Source: Octopus bimaculoides (Eukaryota). Taken from it: DNA of 45,242 bases. Each line of letters opens with the position of its first letter. Positions within the stretch are counted from its first letter, which is position 1. The notes under the pieces were generated by a model. The model had not been told where the DNA came from. It saw only the letters and a program-made list of their open reading frames with translations, and made no database searches. The stretch lies in contig NC_068989.1 in the NCBI RefSeq assembly GCF_001194135.2, positions 20,459,440 to 20,504,681 of the forward strand, in the 5' to 3' direction. The translations under genes were made by a program, and so were the position numbers. Positions 36,030-45,242 of the stretch are shown here, one piece after another.

Positions 36030-36200
36030 TGGCAAAATCGTTAGCTCATTTTTTACGTTCTGAGTTCAAATACTGCTGATGCAAATTTTTGTTTTTCATT
36101 CTGTCGGGTCGATAGAATAAGTACTAGTTTAGCGCTGGGGTCGATACAGTCGAATAACTTCTCTCAAATTGCTTGCCTTGTGCTAAAATTAGGAAGACTA
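36030..36200 (+). mobile_element. Degenerate SINE-A copy
   Basis: GGCAAAATCGTTAGC, GTTCTGAGTTCAAATAC, GGGTCGATAGAATAAGTACTAG, CTGGGGTCGAT. Confidence 0.7.
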
Positions 36201-36365
36201 TATTACTAACTAAATGGCTTTTCCTCGCTGCATAAGCATTTTTTAATCAGTTGAAAGCTGCTACATGGAATATGTTGATATTGCGTCTTTCAATGTGTTT
36301 GTGCAGACTATCATTGCATTTATAATACAGTTCTATATTTAAGAGATGAGGAATTATGTAGATTA

Positions 36366-36453
36366 TTTACATTATTTACAATTGGCGGATATTTGTCCTC
36401 ATCTTGTTTGTTGTTAACACAACGTTTCGGCTGATATACTCTCCAGCCTTCAT
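36366..36453 (-). repeat. Inverted 3' portion of the hammerhead-bearing element
   Basis: Reverse complement of ~36610-36695; truncated inside the CUGAUGA core. Confidence 0.8.
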
Positions 36454-36695
36454 ATGGCGTAGTGGTTAAAAGCGGGGGCTACTAACCCCAAGATTCCGTG
36501 TTCGATTCCAGACAGGGACCTGAATAATAATAATAATAATAATAACAGCAACATCGAAAAATACCTTAGGAATGAGAACCCAGGTTCTAAATTTCCCCAA
36601 GACATCTGATGAAGGCTGGAGGATATATCAGCCGAAACAATTTGTTAACAAACAAAATGGGGACAAATATCCGTCGAATGTAAATAATGTATTGC
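36454..36695 (+). mobile_element. tRNA-headed SINE-like element with (AAT)n linker and hammerhead-containing Penelope-like tail
   Basis: Box A TGGCGTAGTGG, anticodon-like arm GGGCTACTAACCC, box B GTTCGATTCC (36500-36509), (AAT)n, then GACAT-CUGAUGA-A-GGCUG..CAGCC-GAAA (36601-36637) and AATGTAAATAATGT end. Confidence 0.75.
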
Positions 36696-36829
36696 ATTTG
36701 CAGTCTAGAATTTGGAAGACGTTACTGCTAGCTAATGGAGGACGTTTACCGTCTGAAAATTGATATCAGCAGGTATTTGATATATTATCCGTTTCGTGAT
36801 GCTGAACACTGTTACTGCCAAGTGTGGTG

Positions 36830-36863
<34 letters not shown>

Positions 36864-37720
36864 TTAACCCAACATTTCTTTGTAATAATTTCAATCATCA
36901 TCAACAGCATTTCGTCTGTATCTTAGATAATTTTATCTAATCAACATATTTATGTTTAACGAGTTTCGTAATTTGTTAGTTTTCTTATTTGTTTTTGAAA
37001 TTTGTTAACGATGATCAAACGTCAACTGATATTGTCAAAGTTTGTTTCTCAAAATATAATTTTCCATGCAGCTAAATGATTTATGACAACACACTCGATG
37101 ATGCAGTCACCAATTTCAAAGCTTTACTTTTCTTTAATCATAATTAGAGAATTATGAGACTGCATATTTCGCAATGTCTAGGAAATATTTTCCTGTTAGA
37201 TATAATCTTAGGATTATTGTACGAGAGAAGTTCATATTTCAGTCCGTTATGTTTGCTCGTGGAAATCAATAACGGTATCCGGTTCGTTTTACACATTCTG
37301 TTTCATGTAGAATTATTTGTTCTTCCGTTATTTTATGGCTATTAAGTTCTCATTGATTTTGTTATGTTGTTTGTGACCCCAATACGTTTTTCTCTATTAT
37401 ATGTCAGTACAGATTAATTTTTTCGTTTTATTTGCCACTACTTTTTCTATTTTGTTCAGATACATCACAGACTCCTCGTTTACTTTGACAATCGCTTAGG
37501 ATCAACCAAGGACATATTAATTTCTTTTGATTGGGCATAACTAATTTCTTGTACGAAATACTATATATCTTCATAGTATATTTTATTTAATAATTCATGA
37601 ATCAGGAGAACTAGAGTTGAGCCGTATGGGATTTGGACTCAACACGGTGTGGTATAGATCCAGACATTTTCCCGACTTTGATTATTTGCTTAAATTATTG
37701 ACACTGGCTCAAACCGCATC

Positions 37721-37935
37721 CAAGGCGGCGAGCTGGTAGAGTCGTTAGCACGCCGGGGAAAATGCTTAGCGGCATTTTGTCCCTCTGTACGTTTTAAGTT
37801 CATATTTCGCCGAGGTCAAATTTGCCTTTGATCCTTTCGGGGTCGATTAAATGAGTACCAGTTGAGCATTGGGGTTGATGTAATCGACATATATCATCTC
37901 CCAAAATTGCTGGCCTTGTTCCAAAATTCGAAGCC
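37721..37935 (+). mobile_element. SINE-A copy
   Basis: AAGGCGGCGAGCTGGTAGAGTCGTTAGCACGCCGGGG head through AAATTGCTGGCCTTGTTCCAAAATTCGAAGCC tail. Confidence 0.85.
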
Positions 37936-39061
37936 ATTATATCAACCTCTCCTGGAAGAACTGCAATAACAGTATTCGCATCTTATGTCCATAACATATT
38001 GGATCATTGGGATATTCTCGAATGTTTCATTTTTTGATATATATATATACTGCCTCTGTTTGGCGTAACTCATCCCGCTTTAAACTTCACACAGATAAGG
38101 AGTTGAAGCTCTTTATTCAAGCTAACGAAATATGTTTCTGCCTGATAGTCTGACTACCCCTTACGAGGCGCGCTGTATCTCTGGTGCATACATACGGTGA
38201 GGCAGACTATTAAGAGGTACATGATATAGCTATGAACACATATTTAGTTCTTCATTTGAAGGCTTTGCTCGCTTTTGACACGACGATCTGAAAATCTCAT
38301 ATATAATTTGTTTATTATAGAATAATAAATCAGTATAGAGGCTAAGCGAAATATTTATAAAACTATTAGCTATATAAAAGAATAATACTTAAATATATTT
38401 CATGAGCCACATAACAAATACCTCTTTCTTACAATATCTTTCTCACTCTTTCTCTCTTTTCCACGCCGGTATTCTTTATAGAATCTAGAAGAAACACTGC
38501 TCTAGGCTAGTTTTCTAGCTTGTGTAATACATCTATATGCATATATTATATTGAAAATGTTTAAGTTTCACAAAGTAAATTTATATTAGTTTTAAATTTT
38601 GGCACAAGGCCAGCCGAGTGAATTAATAGTAAAAAGAAAATGCATCATAGACGAGGAAAGTATTTAGAGTTTTAGCAAAATATACTACCATTTCAAATTA
38701 CTTTATCAGACGATTTAGTCACTCTGAAATATAAGGGAACATATTAAAATAAATCAAATTAAATTAATCTTTTATGATATCAGTTCTAGAATGTCACATG
38801 TTTTTCTTGCAAAAGTCACATGGTGCTGGTATTTCGTTTTCTTTTAACTGAATCTGGGTATAGTAATAGTAAGCGTTCAAGTGGTGACAGTTGTCCTTTC
38901 TGATTAAGGATTGGCTCTTAGTATGAGCAGTAGTAGCAACGCTGGTAGTTGTAGCTGTCGTGGTGGTGATTATAAAAGTTGCATTAGGAGTGGCCGTAGT
39001 TATCTCTGCCTCCCTCCCCCTCTCTTTCTCCCCTCACTATCTCCCTTCACTATCTCCCACA

Positions 39062-40080
39062 ACTATTTAGAAGTAGACGGTATTTCGTTATGGAAGTTGT
39101 TTCTTTGCTGATGCGTTATTGTGTTGTGTAATCGATAAACTGATATAAGGAGAACATTTTAAAATTTGGCGGTTTCTTAGCTGCACCTGACTGAGTTTTA
39201 TTTGTCTGTATTCGCGTATTTAAATTTATGATTTACATAGAGTTATGCGTTGTTTTAATGACCCTCTAGTTTGTCCAATGTAATTCTCTCCACAACCTGA
39301 ACAAGTAATTTCATACATTTGGTTTCAGATGTACAGCGGAAGTTATTCTGTATTGCGAGGAGTTGTCCATGTTTAAAACAGAAACCCGATCCTTCTGTCT
39401 GATTAAAATATATACCACATTTGAGATTTCAGCATTTTTTATTGTTGTTCTTGTTGCCATTGTGTGAAGTTAGGCTTTTGTTAGTATTTTTTCATTAATC
39501 TTGGTTGACATTTGTACTTTACGATTGTATGTTTGGTTCAACGTGGGGTCTTTTTCAGTCTCGATATATTTGGAGTATGATGTTGTAAGTTTCATTTGGG
39601 GTGGGGGGAATTATAGGTAGAAATGTATCATAAGACTTGCAATTCCAAGATATTTCTTTGTTTGTCTTAGTTGCGAGATATTGAATTTTTTGACTCTTTG
39701 TATCGTATTATCAATTAAGGATGGTGGGTAATTCCTGTCAAGGAGCGTATCCTTTAAGTCATTGTGTTTTATGTCGCGAATGTTTGCATCGGATAGTGTT
39801 GTGCAGATCTCTTTAGCTAGGTTTTGAGGGATATTCATTCAGGTGTGACTCGGATGGCAGGATTCGAATGGAATGTATTGTTCAGAGTTCGTAGTTTTAT
39901 AGTAAGTGCCGGTCTCTATTTGGTCGTTGACTTTCTTTATTAGGATTTCTAAAAATGAGAGTGAAATGGTGAATCGTATATCTTTATTAATTCTATTGAG
40001 GTGTGTCTTTTAATTTCTCTATGCCTTTATTCCATGAATGGAGCAACCCTTAGAGTACCTTTTTTTTCAGTTTTCTTTCA
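39062..40080 (-). mobile_element. Penelope-like element relic (RT thumb/linker and GIY-YIG endonuclease)
   Basis: Minus-strand IETGTYYKTTNSEQYIPFESCHPSHT*MNIPQNLAKEICT...LLDRNYPPSLID (PLE post-RT signature). YEITCSGCGENYIGQTRGSLKQR is the GIY-YIG motif. C-terminus ITKYRLLLN. Confidence 0.85.
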
Positions 40081-40603
40081 TATATTTAAAGAAAGAGTTC
40101 TCGTAATTTCGTTGTGATTTTTGATACATCGTAATCTCCAGAGAACTCGTAACTAAACTTACAAAGGAGGGATTGTTTTCGTCCCCGCAGTAGTCCCAGA
40201 TTTTCGTCGAAAATATTGTCATTGAACGTAAAATAGCTAGTCTCTAAGAAAAAGACTTAGGAAAAAAATCTCAACATTGAAATTTTCACTATGCTTAGGG
40301 AAAATTAAAAAAAAAGTCTTTTCATTTCCTAAACATTAATTAATAGTGAAATTTTTATTGATATATCAGGATAAGTAGAAAGTTAAAAAAGATAGGTGAA
40401 AGATTATAAACAAAACAGCAGACACTTAAAATAAAATATTAAAATCTGTTTTAGAAAAGACAGAAAACATTCAAAAGTGGTGTCTAGATATCTATAACAC
40501 GCAATAATTGTATAAATCAAAATAATCTTTAAAAAGCCAATCAATAAACGTAATGCTAACATTTTTATAAAATTTAGAAATGTGTGCAATTGTAATAATT
40601 GTT

Positions 40604-40965
40604 TTATACTATAGGAAGAAGGCTAGCAATTTTAAGGGGACGGAATTAGTCGACATCACTAACACAATACTCAACTGGTACTCTATTTTATCGGCCTCGG
40701 AGAAGTAAAATGTAAAGTTGACGTTGGTGGAATTTGAATTCGGAACGTACAATAGTAATAACTGGTATTATTCAACAGAAGCTGAAAAGCGGTTAGCTGG
40801 CAAAATGCTTAGTAGCATTTCTTCTGGCTTTACGATTTGAATTCAGGTGTTGCCAAAGTTCACTTTATCTTTCATTTTCTTGGGGGCGATAATATGTAAC
40901 AGTTGAGCACTGGACGCAGAGTTATCAACTAACCACTTCCCATTAAATTTCAGGCTTTTGTCTCT
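40604..40965. mobile_element. Two degenerate SINE-A copies in opposite orientation
   Basis: AAAGTTGACGTTGGTGGAATTTGAATTCGGAACGT (-) and TAGCTGGCAAAATGCTTAGTAGCATTTC...GTTGAGCACTGG (+). Confidence 0.6.
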
Positions 40966-41361
40966 ATTGGAAATAATTCAACAGATGTCGGGAGAAAGAA
41001 GGAAGGTAGACCTGAGCATGATGTCGGAAGGTAGACCTGAGATTGATGTCGGACTTGCAGAGGTGTTACGAAATATTTCTATTTTATCTGATGCTTTACC
41101 GTTCCCACTGTACATTGACCGATGTCTAATCAGTCATAGTATCAGTGAAAATTAAGTGGATAGAATTACAAGAGTGATAGAAAGCAACCCTCTGAGTTTA
41201 AATTTCACCGAAGTCGGTATTACCACTCATCCCTTCTAATCGCAAAAAAAACTACTAATGATATGCTAAAAGTAGATACCATGAATTATAAACATCCATA
41301 AATGTTTTATTCCTGTGCTAAAATGAGAAATCATTGTTATTAGTTACAACGGTATCATTAG

Positions 41362-41445
41362 GTGTGTGTGTATATGTGTGTGCATGTATGTGTGTGCGTG
41401 CGTGTGTGCGTGCGTGTGTGTGTGCGTGTGTGTGTATATATATAT
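41362..41445. repeat. (TG)/(TGCG)/(TA) microsatellite
   Basis: Direct inspection. Confidence 0.9.
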
Positions 41446-42469
41446 AGCACAAAGAAGGCGACTATACGCAATATAAAACCCAAGAAGAAAAATTCAATTG
41501 TCAGTAATTGTGACTGACGGTGCAGGATAGCACTTACATTGTTAGAAATAAGAGTTAAAAATCTTAGCTGCAAGGAAGCATAGTTCCATATACTGACAGG
41601 GGAGATAAGCGCCCCACAGCGGGCGAGATCACCATACTAGTTTAGTTTCACCTAGAATTAAAGCTCATCAATAGTGACTACTCCATCGCAGGATGATTTG
41701 GCTAAATCCCGACTGTTAGCATGTAGTATTTACCAAATGAATCTATGGTTGATTATAAAATAACGAAGGCAGCTATACGCAATTTAAAGCCAAAAAAGGA
41801 AAAAAGTCAGTCGTCAATAAGTGTGACTGACGGTACGCCGTCAGTCACAATTAGTGAGAATGAGTGCTCAAAACCGCATTGGTGGATAAAAGTTCTTTAT
41901 TAATGGGTTACGACTACCATCGGTTTCATGTTAAGAGTAATCTCTTAAAAATTATCAAGCCAACTGGAATAAAAACTTTGAATAAAATAGAATTGCTTAG
42001 AGCTGATGGAAGTCTTTGTGAAATGCATGCTGCTGTTTTTATAATTTCAAACAATCAGCTAACACAAATCATCTTTCTATTAAATCTGCACGAACCTGTT
42101 TGTCGATCAAATACTTTTTCAATGTGAAATTAATTATCTGTAGTGTAAAAAAAAAGGATTTGGAATTTTACCTCTTGTGTATTAGTATCCTTCTCATTTG
42201 TTTATTTTCTTTTATCTTTGGTAATACCGGATGAAAATTTGAGTTACGACTCAGTCTTTGTTTATTTTCTGAGCATCTCACTATAATTTTCATTCAACTT
42301 TTATTACAGCGACCACTTCGCTTTCATTCTATTTGAAAACTAGAAATCTTTACGAAACTCCATTCTTTTCACTATCGTTTTTTTTTCACTTTATCTCTTT
42401 AGAATTATTTAGAATTAAAAATCCTATTTAGAGTTATAAATTTTGTTTTTGGTTTTCCTATACATCTTC

Positions 42470-43085
42470 GTTACTGGCTCCCACTCTCTCTTTCATACCT
42501 ACCTCTTCCTCTCCCCCTCCCTCACATAAATTCATCTCTTTCCGCTCCTCTCTCCCTCCCTTTATATCTCTTTACACCTACCTCTTTCCCTCCCTTTTCC
42601 ATATCTTCCTCTTTTTCTCATCTCTCTCCCCCCCTTTCACATCTTCCTTCATTTTTCGCTTCTCCTTTCCTTTCATTGTCTCTCTCAACATCTACCTCTC
42701 CTCTTCTCACCTCATCCTCTCCCTCATGTACTTCTCATTTTCCCCCTCTTCTCACTCCGTTTCTCCGTTTCCTTCACATCCTTCATCCTTTCCTGTTACT
42801 CCCTCACTCTGTCTCCCTTTCTCTTCCTATCATCTCCCTCCCTCTGTCTCTCTTTTTTTCCCTCATAACATTCACTCTGTCTCTCTTCCTCTACCCCTCC
42901 TCTCCTTCACTATGTCTCTCTCTTTCTTTCCCCCTCCTCTACCTACTTCTGTCTTCTTAACACACCACAAACCCTCTCACTTTTCTTCATATCATCCTCT
43001 CTCTTTCCTTCATATCACCCTCTCTCTTTCCATATTCCATCCCTCTCTCTCTCTCTCAGTTCCTCTCTATCCTCTACTCTCCCTC
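42470..43085. repeat. ~600-bp polypyrimidine (CT-rich) low-complexity tract
   Basis: Almost entirely C/T on the + strand. Confidence 0.95.
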
Positions 43086-43089
43086 TGGG

Positions 43090-44600
43090 ATGAAAAAACG
43101 AAGATGGCACCAAAGTAGGAGAAGAAAGAATTGAATCTTCTGTTGCGAGTATGGATGATTGCTAGTGGCGATCTGACAAACAACATCATCACAGAGAGTC
43201 TAACCAGGATCAGTGAGGTACTGAATGACCAGTTCAAAAGTATCTTTACCACTCCGTTGAAACACAGACAAGTGAACGAACCAGTGGACTTCTTTGCCGC
43301 CTCACCTATAACCAGCGAGGCAGTTACGATGGAATATATCGACATTAGCGAAGAAGATATGTTATTAGCCATAGATGAAGTGGACACAAACTCAACTGCT
43401 GGTCCTGATGGTTTCCCAGCAACCCTCCTCAAATCGTTTAAGCATTCCCTGGCAAAACCTCTCCACATTTTCTTCCAGAGCTTTCTTGCAAATGGCAGAC
43501 TGCCAAGCAAGCTGAAGGAGGGAATAATATGCCCAGTCCATAAAGGGGGAAGCAGAGCAGATGCCAAAAACTATAGACCTATCTCTCTGACTTCATACAT
43601 CAGCAAAGTCATGGAAAGGATAGTCAGAGGGAAATTAATCGCATTCCTTGAAGACAGTAACTTGCTGAGTGATACCCATCATGGCTTTCGACCAGGTAGG
43701 AGATTTCTGACTCAGCTCTTACAACATTATGACTGGGTGTTGAGGCAGTTACTCAACAACTCAAATGTGGACGTAACATACCTTGATTTTGTAAAAGCTT
43801 TTGACAAAATGTTTCATGGTATGATATGCCACAAACGGCGTGATCTGGGCATAGCCGGAAAACTTGGAGAGTGGTTATATGACTTTCTGAAAGATAGAAG
43901 TCAGGCAGTAGTGGCTAATGGAGCCACCTCAATGAAGACACATAGTGAACGGTGTTCCACACGGCATTGTCTTGGGCCATTGCTTTTCATAGTGGCACTC
44001 TCAGATGTGTCCTCAATTGTCCGGATAGCCACCCTTGCAAGCTACGCAGACGATACGAAAGTCTCGCAAAAAATACAGAACCCCAGCGATGTTGCACATC
44101 TGCAGCAGGATTTGGACTCAATTTACAGATAGGCTGAGGATAATAATATGTAGTTTAATGCTAAAAACATTTCAAGCCCTTCGCTACCAGCGTCCAAAAC
44201 TGAATGTGAAACTTACAGGATACACTGGTCCACAGGGAATTTCAGTCCCAGAGCCTAAATCAGTGACGGTCCTGGGTACCGACATGAGTGATGATACCTC
44301 TTTTCTTTCCAAGTACACATTACCAGGATGGCGACAAAATGCAGATGACTGGCTGGATGGATCTTGAGAACATTCAGAACCAGAGATAAGGAAACCATAA
44401 TGGTCTTCTGGAGGACATTCCTTCTCAGCCGCATGGATTATTGCTCCCAGCTATGATCACCCACCAGTGTGAAATTAACAGCGGACCTTCAAGCAATCCA
44501 GAGAGGATTCACAAAGAAGATCGTCTCTCTACAACTGCTCAGCTACTGTCGTCCCGTTCTGGCATTGGTGTTGCTTTCAATGACAAAATTTGGCACAATT
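43090..44600 (+). mobile_element. CR1-group LINE relic C (best-preserved RT segment)
   Basis: ORF 43131-44132: AGPDGFPA, NYRPISLTSYISKVMERIV, HGFRPGR, VDVTYLDFVKAFDK, LGPLLF, SYADDTKV. Later RMDYCSQL. Frameshifts around the ends. Confidence 0.9.
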
Positions 44601-44639
44601 CTTTCCAGGATCTTCCAGATGTATATTACGGCTTACATC

Positions 44640-45085
44640 TCCCGCCTTCTCTCCAGGATGTAGAGTCATAGCTGTTTCAGACTTTCCCAGTCCTCCGGTA
44701 ACACAATCTCATCCACAATTTTATGCAAGTCTGGGAAGCTGATTTGGATCGTCACCTCAAGGCTGTATTCAAACCAGTTCACCTCCGTTGTCATCGTGAC
44801 CTTCAGGACATTGGTTTTCCTGCTCGGCGTTGAAGGGGATTGCCGCTACCAGCCACGATCCATCAATTCTGGGGGCATTCTGCCAATCCTAAATCTGGCC
44901 GCACGTTTGCAACAATAGGTTAGCAGAAGTGCCCAATCCTCCGACATTAATGGCACAGTGGAGCACTGTATTGCGTCTTTTTCAGTCGCAAACCGTACCT
45001 CCACTGTGCTGTACTTCTTGCCTCTTGTGTCAATAGCCAGTTGGAGGAGATGCCTTCTTGGGGCTACAAGCGACAGTAGCCTCAA
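44640..45085 (-). pseudogene. Third Tx1-type ORF1 fragment (frameshifted)
   Basis: KKYSTVEVRFATEKDAIQCS...FRIGRMPPE / IDGSWLVAAI / VLKVTMTTEVNWFEYSLEVTIQISFPDLHKIVDEIVL aligns by eye with copy 1 RRFGTVEVRM...RITRIPPEMDAAWLVAAV...LLQATVTEKQIWQDQTLNILIQTEPQTLEEIPETIEI. Confidence 0.75.
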
Positions 45086-45139
45086 CCTTTAAGGGTTAGC
45101 CACATTTAGGTGGTAAATATACTTCACGATTTATATACA

Positions 45140-45177
45140 TATATTTATATACATACATGCATACATACATACATACA

Positions 45178-45242
<65 letters not shown>
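45140..45242. repeat. (TACA)n/(TA)n microsatellite
   Basis: Direct inspection. Confidence 0.95.

Noticed and set aside
36454-36520. Possible true tRNA gene
   Set aside because: The acceptor stem is not formed and the sequence continues into repeat; this is a SINE-type head.
42676-43118. S/L/P/F-rich ORFs
   Set aside because: Translation of the polypyrimidine tract.

Overview
This is AT-rich, microsatellite-dense, gap-containing eukaryotic DNA made almost entirely of transposon debris. The SINE families and repeat landscape look like an octopus/cephalopod genome (my recognition, not verified). I found no host exon, intact gene, true tRNA/rRNA gene or CRISPR array. Contents: two decayed L1/Tx1-clade LINEs plus a third ORF1 fragment; three CR1-group LINE relics; an RTE 3' fragment; a Penelope-like RT/GIY-YIG relic; three Tc1/mariner relics; a ~800 bp foldback element; and about 20 tRNA-headed SINE copies in two families, here called SINE-A and SINE-B. 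The strongest signal is a LINE/SINE system. Both Tx1 LINEs end at the same nucleotide inside the tRNA-like head of SINE-A, and one splits a SINE with a 16-bp target-site duplication (TSD). The best-preserved SINE-A copies carry a 3' tail matching that LINE's 3' end. The LINE therefore appears to insert into the SINE family it mobilises. The second signal is a tRNA-headed element carrying a minimal type I hammerhead ribozyme, arranged as Penelope-style inverted repeats at two loci. Coordinates of degenerate repeats are approximate and all alignments were done by eye.
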